DNA of 64,000 bases, from NCBI GenBank assembly GCA_040830765.1, contig JBFOMH010000003.1, positions 64,001-128,000 of the forward strand. Direction: 5' to 3'. This DNA is from Puniceicoccaceae bacterium (GTDB lineage: Bacteria > Verrucomicrobiota > Verrucomicrobiia > Opitutales > Oceanipulchritudinaceae). The notes under the pieces were generated by a model that worked only from the letters and a program-made list of their open reading frames with translations, did no database searches and was not told the DNA's origin. Each line of letters opens with the position of its first letter. Position 1 is the first letter of the stretch. The position numbers and the translations under genes are program-made. Below, piece by piece: positions 40,548 to 48,737 of this stretch.

Positions 40548-40877
40548 TTATGGTACCAGGGACTCCAAGGTCTCGGAAATCGTCATTCCGCGCTTCCTGG
40601 CATGACGCTTAAGCCGCTCATGTATCTCTGGTTTCATCCGAAACTGGTAGGACTTGCGCCCGGACGGCTTGCGTCCGCTGCCCTCCCGTCGGCCCCCATG
40701 GGTAGTCGTCTTGCTCCAGTCGATGAAGGCATCGATCTCATCCGATCCTTCATCAAAGAGCTTCTCGAACGCTTGCCATGAAATTGTCCGCTTCCCGTCA
40801 AGGCTAGTGATGCTGTTGCCAGAGGTGGATTTCCGCCGCTCGGCTGCGACGTATTGAGATGATGCGGATTTTTTCAT
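40548..40877 (-). CDS. BrnA/CopG-like antitoxin with C-terminal RHH
   Basis: Downstream of and overlapping brnT; GGxRxGxGRKP motif followed by a beta-alpha-alpha tail. Start uncertain. Confidence 0.65.
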   Translation of the reverse strand: MKKSASSQYVAAERRKSTSGNSITSLDGKRTISWQAFEKLFDEGSDEIDAFIDWSKTTTHGGRREGSGRKPSGRKSYQFRMKPEIHERLKRHARKRGMTISETLESLVP

Positions 40878-41073
40878 GTCGATAGGTTATGATTGCGCTC
40901 CAGAATTTTCCTCGAATTTGACCCACGGTGAGATACCTCTGTTCTTCAGGAAATTCGAGATGGGTCTCTGTTGTTCGCCCTTCCCACAAGCTCCGGGCTT
41001 CTTCAAAGTCAATCCCGTGCTTTTCCCGATTTCGCAGGCTCTTTTCCGGATCATATTCAAACGAATAGTTCAA
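40804..41073 (-). CDS. BrnT-family toxin
   Basis: FEYDPEKSxxNxxKHGIDF, E-x-R and IRIISxRR motifs; TTG start. Confidence 0.85.
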   Translation of the reverse strand: MNYSFEYDPEKSLRNREKHGIDFEEARSLWEGRTTETHLEFPEEQRYLTVGQIRGKFWSAIITYRHEKIRIISIRRSRAAEIHLWQQHH

Positions 41074-41279
41074 TTATCAAGAGAGTTCAAGTTGAAATAT
41101 TGTGTGCCTCTTTCAAGTTGCCTGTAAACGTGCCGCACCTCTGACTCACCTCAACCCAGCCTGAGCATCCCCGCCGGAAACGGAAGTCAACTATCCACCC
41201 ATATTCAGGCAGTCCGGGTCCCTTTCTTTTTTCTTGCCATCCCCCGCTGGCGGAATTGCCTTTTCCCTTTCCTTTTGGC

Positions 41280-41355
41280 GGACGGTTAGCTCAGTTGGTA
41301 GAGCAGGAGACTTTTAATCTCTTGGTCCGGGGTTCGAGTCCCCGACCGTCTACCA
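41280..41355 (+). tRNA. tRNA-Lys (anticodon TTT)
   Basis: 76-nt cloverleaf: GGACGGT/ACCGTCT acceptor stem, D arm GCTC/GAGC, CT-TTT-AA loop, GTTCGAGT T loop, encoded CCA. Confidence 0.97.
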
Positions 41356-41444
41356 ATCGACGCGCTACGCTTGCTCATGGCAGGCCAATTGTTCGGGGTT
41401 CGACCCAACGGATTTACTCGTAAAAGATTAATTCAACCTTGACT

Positions 41445-41468
41445 ATTCGTTATTCGCGAATAACGAAT
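41445..41468. promoter_or_regulatory. Perfect 24-bp palindrome ATTCGTTATTCGCGAATAACGAAT (probable autoregulatory operator)
   Basis: Lies between TTGACT (41439-41444) and the ATG at 41475. Confidence 0.75.
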
Positions 41469-41474
41469 TATGGT

Positions 41475-41987
41475 ATGGCATTAAAATCACAAGATCTGGT
41501 TGTGGCCCTGAAGTTGTGCCTTGGCGGGTCGGCATTGCCATATGCGGACCTGTCAAGGCAACTGTTGATAAGCGCTTCAGAGGTGCATGCGGCAGTAAAG
41601 CGCTTGGAGGAAGGGGGACTGATTCGGCCCGGCAGCAAGGAGGTCCTGAAACAGCCGCTTCTAAACTTAATCCAATACGGGATAGCGGCTGTATTCCCGG
41701 CCAAGCCGGGAGAGCCGACAAGAGGCATCCCCACGGCGTGGGCTTCGCCCGCTCTTTCAGGAAGCTTCCAGTCATCTGAAAAGGAGCAACCCGTCTGGCC
41801 GGATCCGGAGGGATCGGTGCGTGGGAATGCGGTCGTGCCCCTTCATCCATCCGTGCCAAAGGTGGCCAAGGCAGATTCTCAATTGTATGCGCTTCTGGCG
41901 ATGTTGGATGCTGTTCGCATAGGCCGTGCGAGGGAGCGGAATCTTGCCAATGAGCTGCTAAAAAAGGAGTTGCTGCAAAATGGTTGA
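41475..41987 (+). CDS. Winged-HTH protein (putative antitoxin/regulator)
   Basis: N-terminal HTH (YADLSRQLLISASEVHAAVKRLEEGGLI) plus a C-terminal domain (RGIPT, VWP, LLAMLDAVRIGRARE). Confidence 0.7.
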   Translation: MALKSQDLVVALKLCLGGSALPYADLSRQLLISASEVHAAVKRLEEGGLIRPGSKEVLKQPLLNLIQYGIAAVFPAKPGEPTRGIPTAWASPALSGSFQSSEKEQPVWPDPEGSVRGNAVVPLHPSVPKVAKADSQLYALLAMLDAVRIGRARERNLANELLKKELLQNG

Positions 41988-42678
41988 AATTCCGCGGGCC
42001 AGCCTGAAGGCAATAGCCAGGCAATTGAATGAACTTGGCGCGTCCTGGGCATTCACTGGTGGCGCAATCATCGGATTACTCATGGACAAACCTGCACTGG
42101 GCTCCACCCGACCAACCGATGATGTGGATGTCATTATTGAAATTCTTGCGCAAAAGGATTACGCGAAGATTGAAGCCCGCCTGCGTGAATTGGGGTTCCA
42201 GAATGACGACCGTGAAGGCGCACCGATGTGCCGCTGGCTTTTCCGAGACCACCTGACTGTGGACATCATGCCGACTGCCGGAAGTTTTCTGGGACTCTCA
42301 ACCAAGCTATTCAGAGAAGCGCTGGAGAGTTCAATGACACACCATCTGGATGATGTGGAAATAAAGGTTGTGTCGCCTCCCTGCTTTCTGGCAATGAAAC
42401 ATGAGGCTTTTCGCGATCGCGGCGAGGGCGAGTATTTTGCGAGCCATGACCTGGAAGACTTCATCACGATATTGGACGGGCGGGAAGCGATCGTGGAGGA
42501 GGTCCAAGCCGCCCAACCAACGGTCTCCGCATACCTTCAATCAGCGGCAAGGAACCTGTTGGAATCAGAAACATTTCTCGAGGCATTGCCTGGACACCTT
42601 ACTCCCGACTCGGCAAGTCAACGGCGGCTCCCACTTATCCTGAAAAAGCTCAAATACCTCGCAGCTGAAAAGGTATAG
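41980..42678 (+). CDS. Nucleotidyltransferase-fold protein (AbiEii/AbiGii-like)
   Basis: GG...RPTxDVD, VDIMP, K..A and HDLED motifs of the Pol-beta-like fold; overlaps the upstream gene by 8 nt. Confidence 0.75.
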   Translation: MVEIPRASLKAIARQLNELGASWAFTGGAIIGLLMDKPALGSTRPTDDVDVIIEILAQKDYAKIEARLRELGFQNDDREGAPMCRWLFRDHLTVDIMPTAGSFLGLSTKLFREALESSMTHHLDDVEIKVVSPPCFLAMKHEAFRDRGEGEYFASHDLEDFITILDGREAIVEEVQAAQPTVSAYLQSAARNLLESETFLEALPGHLTPDSASQRRLPLILKKLKYLAAEKV

Positions 42679-42713
42679 ATTGAGTCCTGTTTATTGAGAC
42701 TCATTTAGAGAAA

Positions 42714-42821
42714 TTAATCTCCTGCAAGTCCCGCGAAACGAAGTGAAGCGGGATTGGCCCGGGGTTCGCCGTGACCGGCGTAGCGCACAGTGCGAAGACG
42801 GGAATCCCCGACCGTCTACCA
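42714..42821 (+). repeat. Interrupted copy of the tRNA-Lys 3' half (att-like)
   Basis: TTAATCTC + [32-nt insert] + TTGGCCCGGGGTTCG + [34-nt insert] + AATCCCCGACCGTCTACCA matches 41314-41355 with 2 substitutions. Confidence 0.85.
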
Positions 42822-42839
42822 TATGAGGCTATAGCTCCC

Positions 42840-43808
42840 CTACCAGGCGTAACTTTCCGGAGCAGTTCCCTTTGGCGTAGGAAAGATGCTCTCTACCTCG
42901 GCCAGTTGCTCGGGAGTGAGCTGAACATCCAATGCGGCGATGGCATCATTCATCTGCTGCATCGTGCGCGGTCCGGATATCATGGCGGTGACATGCGGAT
43001 TATGAAGCACCCAGGACTGCCCGACAATTGCCGGATCGAGTCCGATCTTTGCACAGAAATCCTCATACTGCCGCATGCTGTCGATGAATCCCTTGCTATG
43101 GTTTTTCATCCAGTCGAGGGAACGCCGTCCCTCCTTGGCCTTGGCCAGTTTCCCTGCCAGCATTACCCCTGAAAGGGGGCCGTAGGGAGTGAAGGCAAGA
43201 CCGTAATCCTCGCATGCCGGGATGACTTCGAGCTCCGCGAACCGGCTGGTCAGGTTGTAACTGTGCTGCTCGGAGACCAGCCCAAGGAAGCCCCTCGCCT
43301 TTTGCCGCTCCATCGCCTGCGCGATGCTCCAGCCAGGAAAATTGGAGGATCCCGCATAAAGGATCTTCCCCTCGCGAACCAGCTGCTCCATCGCCTGCAT
43401 CCACTCCTCTGGCTGTACCAGACGGTCGATATGGTGCATGATGTAGAGGTCTATGTAATCCGTTTTGAGGCGCTTCAAACTGGCCTCGCAGGAGCGGCAG
43501 ATATTCAAGGCGTTGACACCTCCAAAACCGATCTGGTCGCCCATGTCACCATTGCACTTGGTGGCAAGGACCAGCTTGCTCCGCTTGCCACTCGCCTGAA
43601 ACCAGTTCCCGACAATCTCCTCGGTCGCTCCGGCACCCAGATGTGCGCCATAGACGTTTGCCGTGTCGAAATGATTGATCCCCTTGTCGAGCGCAGCATC
43701 CATGATGCTGAATGAGTCCAGCTCCGATGTGTAGGGACCGAAATTCATCGTTCCCAGAATGACTTTACTCGATTGAGAACCTGCCCGGCCGAACTTTACG
43801 TATTCCAT
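42840..43808 (-). CDS. Aldo/keto reductase
   Basis: LGTMNFG, DTANVYG, ATK, SLKRLKTDYIDLY..H and GSSN motifs. Confidence 0.93.
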   Translation of the reverse strand: MEYVKFGRAGSQSSKVILGTMNFGPYTSELDSFSIMDAALDKGINHFDTANVYGAHLGAGATEEIVGNWFQASGKRSKLVLATKCNGDMGDQIGFGGVNALNICRSCEASLKRLKTDYIDLYIMHHIDRLVQPEEWMQAMEQLVREGKILYAGSSNFPGWSIAQAMERQKARGFLGLVSEQHSYNLTSRFAELEVIPACEDYGLAFTPYGPLSGVMLAGKLAKAKEGRRSLDWMKNHSKGFIDSMRQYEDFCAKIGLDPAIVGQSWVLHNPHVTAMISGPRTMQQMNDAIAALDVQLTPEQLAEVESIFPTPKGTAPESYAW

Positions 43809-44042
43809 ATGGGTTGCCTTGAATTAGGGGAGGAAGAAGTTTCATTGATCGCCAAGGATTGAGCAAGCCCTTCTTTGCCGGTTAGAATCCGCCTCGGACT
43901 GTTGTCTCCAAGGGAATATAATTAGTTTTGCGGTGTGAATCACAAAATCGGTCAAGATTCAACATACAACTGTCAATAATTGACATTAGCAAAGTCGAAC
44001 CCTGCTTGTATACTCAATGAATCATTGATTAATTCAACCAGC

Positions 44043-45551
44043 ATGAAATCCTACCCCACCCCCGTACTTCTCCCGATCGTTACGCTCATTTTACTAACCT
44101 GCAGTCTGGTTCCAAAGTCGCCAGCGGCAGAGTTGTCCGGAAGCAGACCGAATATCATCCTTGTGATGACAGACGACCAGGGCTACGGCGACCTGAGTTG
44201 CCATGGGCATCCATTCTTGAATACCTATAATTTGGATAAGCTCCACAAGCAAAGCACCCGCTTTACTGACTTTCATGCGAGTCCGACCTGTGCACCCACC
44301 CGCGCTGCCCTGATGACGGGTCGTGCACCATTTAAAAACGGCATCACCCATACAATCCTTGAGCGGGAAAGGATGACCTTGAGCACAACAACCATTGCTG
44401 AAGTATTGCGAGATTCCGGTTATACCACGGGTATATTTGGCAAATGGCATCTTGGGGATGATGATCCCTATCAGCCGGAAAACCGGGGATTCGATGAAGT
44501 GTTCATCCACGGAGCAGGTGGGATCGGCCAGAATTATCCTGGAACCCAGGGAGCCGTTCCTGGCACCGGTTATTTCAATCCGATCATCAAGCACAATGGG
44601 GTGTTTGAACAGACAAGTGGATTTTGTACGGATGTTTTCTTTAGGCAGGCACTCGGATGGATCAAGGAAGCCTCGAGTTCCACAAAACCATTTTTCGCCT
44701 ACATACCGACGAATGCTCCTCATGGGCCATTCATAGCTCCGGAAGAATACAAGGTCTTGTATCGGGATTATACCGGCGGAGATGAGCAGCATGCCGCCTT
44801 TTTTGGCATGATCCACAACATTGACGACAACATGGGCTTGCTCATGCGGAAACTGGCGGAATGGGACCTGGAGGACAATACGCTCCTTATTTTCATGACC
44901 GACAATGGAACAGCAAGGGGTGGCAAGTATTTCAATGCGGGAATGAAAGGGAACAAGGGGTCCGTCAACGAGGGGGGTTCCCGTGTACCCCTGTTCATGA
45001 ACTGGAAGGGAAAAATCAAACCGGGAACAGATTTGGAGTGGATGACGCGCCACTATGACCTGTTTCCGACATTGGCAGAACTGGCGGGAGCCATTTTGCC
45101 GGAGGGCCAGGAAATCGACGGCCGGAGTTTGTTGCCGCTACTCCAATATCCCAAGGATTCATGGAAGGATCCTTGGATGGACCGCTTTACTTTTTTCCAC
45201 CTGGGACGCTGGAGTAAAGAAGGTGCAGATGGCCGCTGGGGAGAAGGCAATACCGATCCGGATAAAGCTAAATATAAAAGCTTTGCAGTGCGCAGCGAAA
45301 GATGGCGACTTGTCGGGAAGGGTACACTCTACGATATCATCAAGGATCCTGGTGAAAAAAACAATGTCATCAGTCAACATCCCGAAGTAGCGCGAACCAT
45401 GCTGGAGGCATATGATGAGTGGTGGGATGAAGTACGACCGTTGATGATCAACGAGAATGCCCCGCTGGACACGGGAAAGCCTCTCATTGAGCAATTTAAA
45501 AGGCAGAACAGTACTACCGGAATCCCAGACTGGGTGCCCCCCGATCTGTAA
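44043..45551 (+). CDS. Secreted Cys-type (S1) sulfatase
   Basis: Signal peptide; PNIILVMTDD, CAPTR, GKWHLG and DNG motifs. Confidence 0.95.
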   Translation: MKSYPTPVLLPIVTLILLTCSLVPKSPAAELSGSRPNIILVMTDDQGYGDLSCHGHPFLNTYNLDKLHKQSTRFTDFHASPTCAPTRAALMTGRAPFKNGITHTILERERMTLSTTTIAEVLRDSGYTTGIFGKWHLGDDDPYQPENRGFDEVFIHGAGGIGQNYPGTQGAVPGTGYFNPIIKHNGVFEQTSGFCTDVFFRQALGWIKEASSSTKPFFAYIPTNAPHGPFIAPEEYKVLYRDYTGGDEQHAAFFGMIHNIDDNMGLLMRKLAEWDLEDNTLLIFMTDNGTARGGKYFNAGMKGNKGSVNEGGSRVPLFMNWKGKIKPGTDLEWMTRHYDLFPTLAELAGAILPEGQEIDGRSLLPLLQYPKDSWKDPWMDRFTFFHLGRWSKEGADGRWGEGNTDPDKAKYKSFAVRSERWRLVGKGTLYDIIKDPGEKNNVISQHPEVARTMLEAYDEWWDEVRPLMINENAPLDTGKPLIEQFKRQNSTTGIPDWVPPDL

Positions 45552-45564
45552 GAATTGGGAACAA

Positions 45565-46917
45565 ATGAAATCAATTGTCACGAAATATTCACTACTTCTC
45601 CTATTTATTGGCCTCACGGTTCTGTCTGCAAAGCAACAGAACGTCCTCATTATCATGGTGGATGACCTTGGCTATGCCGACCTGTCCTGCTATGGCTCAA
45701 AGGACATGCGCACGCCTGCACTCGACAAGCTGGTCTCCGAGGGCATGCGATTCAACGAATTCTATTCAAACAGCTGCGTCTGCTCCCCTACCCGGGCGGC
45801 CCTCCTGACCGGCCGTTACCCGGAACTGGTTGGCATGCCGGGGGTCAATCGTTTGCATAATGATGACAGCTGGGGATTCCTCACGAAGGATACCATTATG
45901 CTTCCCGAACTTTTTCAAAAGGCAGGATACACAACCAGCTTGATCGGGAAATGGCATCTGGGAATTGTTGAAGGAAACCGTCCCAACCAACGTGGCTTCG
46001 GCGAATTCAAGGGATTCCTTCTGGGAATGATGGACGATTTCTGGGAGCACTCCCGACAGGGAATGCATCAAATGCGGCGGAACGAGACACCAATCTATCC
46101 CAAGGGCCATGCCACGGATCTCATTACCGAGTGGTCCATCGAGGCCTTACAACGCGATGCAGCCAGTGAAAAACCCTTCTTCCAGTTTCTCGCCTACAAC
46201 GCACCGCACTTTCCGGTACAGCCTCCAATCGAATGGCTTTATCGCGTCAAGAAACGCGAGCCGGGCATTGAGGAAACAAGGGCCCGGATGGTGGCCTTTG
46301 TGGAGCACCTTGACTATGGGATTGGCCAGGTTCTGGACGCCTTGGATGATCTGAATTTGCGTGATGAGACGATCGTTGTGTTCACCTCGGATAATGGTGG
46401 ATTGCTCAGCGTGGGGTCCAATAACGGATCCCTCCGCGAAGGCAAAACGCACGTCTATGAAGGTGGCATCAAGGTCCCGACCTGCATCAGATGGCCCGGA
46501 CGAATCAAAGCCGGCCAGAGCACGGAGTTTTCCGCGCTGACTATGGACATTATTCCTACCCTTGCAGAGTTGTGCGACATTCCTGTGGAGCACGAGATCG
46601 AAGGCCGTTCATTTTCAAAACTCCTTTTAACCGGTGAACAGGAAGCATTCCAGCGCCCTGTATTTCACATGTGGCTACAGAAGTATAAAACGAAGGAATC
46701 CATCCGTGCCGGAGATTGGAAGCTGTTGAACGATCAATGGCATCCACTCGGGGAGCGTGATGGAGTGACTTACGAGTTATACAACATTGCATGTGATCCC
46801 GGTGAACAAAAAAACCTCGCGGATTCATTGCCGGAAAGAACTGAAGAAATGGCCAGCAGCCTGGAAGCCCACATGCAGAACACACAAAAGATCGAGTGGC
46901 GAAGGCCTGAAGAATAG
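45565..46917 (+). CDS. Secreted Cys-type (S1) sulfatase
   Basis: Signal peptide; DDLG, CSPTR, GKWHLG and SDNG motifs. Confidence 0.95.
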   Translation: MKSIVTKYSLLLLFIGLTVLSAKQQNVLIIMVDDLGYADLSCYGSKDMRTPALDKLVSEGMRFNEFYSNSCVCSPTRAALLTGRYPELVGMPGVNRLHNDDSWGFLTKDTIMLPELFQKAGYTTSLIGKWHLGIVEGNRPNQRGFGEFKGFLLGMMDDFWEHSRQGMHQMRRNETPIYPKGHATDLITEWSIEALQRDAASEKPFFQFLAYNAPHFPVQPPIEWLYRVKKREPGIEETRARMVAFVEHLDYGIGQVLDALDDLNLRDETIVVFTSDNGGLLSVGSNNGSLREGKTHVYEGGIKVPTCIRWPGRIKAGQSTEFSALTMDIIPTLAELCDIPVEHEIEGRSFSKLLLTGEQEAFQRPVFHMWLQKYKTKESIRAGDWKLLNDQWHPLGERDGVTYELYNIACDPGEQKNLADSLPERTEEMASSLEAHMQNTQKIEWRRPEE

Positions 46918-47075
46918 AGTCAGTTATCCAATTCCTAATTAAACCTAAAATTGTCTGGGCGAGACATTTTAAAATGCTCTTCTGAGACCAATTATCGACA
47001 TAACCAAGTCGTAAATCGACATTCCTGCTGATCGAATTGCTTGTTATTATGTGGGCCTAATCTACCCCGATTCCA

Positions 47076-48737
47076 ATGAACATACCCTTTGCAAGGCTAC
47101 TCCTGATATTGGCCCTGGCTGGCATCACCTTGTTGAATGCTGCCAAGCAGCCCGAGCGTCCCAATTTAATCCTGATCCTGACGGACGACCAAAGGCAGGA
47201 TACACTGGGATGCACCGGAAATGAGATTGTCAAAACTCCCTATATAGACCGGTTGGCTTCCGAGGGGACCCTCTTCACACAAGCAACGGTCACCAGCGCC
47301 ATCTGCACACCGAGCCGGGCCAGTTTCTTCTCTGGGATGCATGAGCGTAACCACGGCATAAATTTCAATTCGGGTACATCCATGTCATCCGCTGCCTGGG
47401 AGCAGTGCTATCCCATGTTATTGAAGCACGCGGGTTACTTTACCGGATATATCGGGAAGAACCACGTTCCGGTGGGCGGCAGCGGTCACTCAAGTGGTGT
47501 CATGGAAGCCACCTTCGACTACTGGTACGCCGGTCATGGGCACTTGGGCTTTTATCCCAAGGAGCGTGGCGAGGCGAATTTCTTCATCAAGGGGATGGAT
47601 GAGACCATGTTCAGCAACGCCCGGGAAGACACCCAGACCGAGATATTGGAGGAAGGCATGGTTAACTTCCTGACTCCCAATGAGGATTTCTATGATAAGG
47701 CTGCCCGTTTCTTGCGGACCCGTCCGGATGACCGCCCATTCTGCCTGAGCATTTCCTTCAACCTGCCCCATGATGCAGGGACCCAGTCCATGCAGATGCG
47801 GGACAGTGACCGGGAGCTGTATAAATCCGCCTACCGGGACAAGTACCGGGAGATCCTTGCCGGTTTGCCGGAAACCTATGTAGCCAAGGAGGACATTGAA
47901 GATCCTAAGCTTCCCGGGGATGTCCTCCTTGCGGAGCTGCGACAGCACGGGTACGACTACGTTGATGAACCGGAAACCCTTGTTGAGCGCATCACCCGGC
48001 GCTACCAGGCTATAGAGGGCATTGACCGGCTGGTCGGCACGCTGCGGGACCAACTCGAAAAGGAGGGACTGGCGGAAAACACGATCATCATTTTTTCCTC
48101 CGACCACGGCATCTTCCGGGGTGAGTTCGGGCTGGGCGGAAAATCGATGAACTATGATCCCTGCCTGCGCGTCCCGATGATTGTCTATGATCCTGCGTCC
48201 CCTGCGAGGGGCCAGGTCCGCGATGAAGCCGTTCAATCCATCGACGTGACCGCGACCCTGCTGGACTATGCCGGTCTGGAGGTTCCCGAGCACATGACCG
48301 GCAAGTCGATGAAGCCAATGGTCAATGGTATCGATACAAGCTGGCGCACTTATGCCTTTTCGGAGGCACTCTGGTGTACCGCTTTCGGGATGCCGCGTGT
48401 GGAAAGCGTTCGGGGGGACGGATGGAAATACATCCGCTACTTTAAAGTCGACCGGAGCCTGTTTGATCCGGAAGCCAAGGGTATCGAGCTTTACCAGGTC
48501 AGCAATGAGCAGGCGACCGCCTATCAGAATTGGCTGACGGCCAGCATCGATGGTCAGCCTCCGGATTATGAAGAGCTGTTTTATCTCAGAACGGATCCGG
48601 ACGAAAGGACCAACCTGGCGGCAAATCCGGAATACAGGCTAAAGCTGGAGGAACTGAGAGCAGTGTGTCAGCAAATGGTCACCGAAGCGCGCGGAGAACC
48701 ATTTCCGGTTGTCGACCTTACATCATTCAACCAATGA
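47076..48737 (+). CDS. Secreted Cys-type (S1) sulfatase
   Basis: Signal peptide; TDDQ, CTPSR, GKNH and SDHG motifs. Confidence 0.93.
   Translation: MNIPFARLLLILALAGITLLNAAKQPERPNLILILTDDQRQDTLGCTGNEIVKTPYIDRLASEGTLFTQATVTSAICTPSRASFFSGMHERNHGINFNSGTSMSSAAWEQCYPMLLKHAGYFTGYIGKNHVPVGGSGHSSGVMEATFDYWYAGHGHLGFYPKERGEANFFIKGMDETMFSNAREDTQTEILEEGMVNFLTPNEDFYDKAARFLRTRPDDRPFCLSISFNLPHDAGTQSMQMRDSDRELYKSAYRDKYREILAGLPETYVAKEDIEDPKLPGDVLLAELRQHGYDYVDEPETLVERITRRYQAIEGIDRLVGTLRDQLEKEGLAENTIIIFSSDHGIFRGEFGLGGKSMNYDPCLRVPMIVYDPASPARGQVRDEAVQSIDVTATLLDYAGLEVPEHMTGKSMKPMVNGIDTSWRTYAFSEALWCTAFGMPRVESVRGDGWKYIRYFKVDRSLFDPEAKGIELYQVSNEQATAYQNWLTASIDGQPPDYEELFYLRTDPDERTNLAANPEYRLKLEELRAVCQQMVTEARGEPFPVVDLTSFNQ

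Larger units (their letters stand above)
41356..42821. mobile_element. tRNA-Lys-integrated islet without an integrase
   Basis: Bounded by the tRNA and a displaced copy of its 3' half at 42714-42821; carries two genes. Confidence 0.7.

Noticed and set aside
41280..41351. G1-U72 wobble in tRNA-Lys
   Set aside because: The rest of the cloverleaf is intact; not sufficient to call it atypical or a pseudogene.
42681..42703. TGAGTC..GACTCA hairpin as an intrinsic terminator
   Set aside because: Short stem, long loop and only three following T residues.
42714..42821. Second functional or intron-containing tRNA
   Set aside because: The 5' half (acceptor 5' strand and D arm) is absent, and the inserts are far too short for self-splicing introns.
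42771..43172. 133-aa ORF starting in the att copy
   Set aside because: Antisense to the aldo/keto reductase, with its start inside a hairpin insert.
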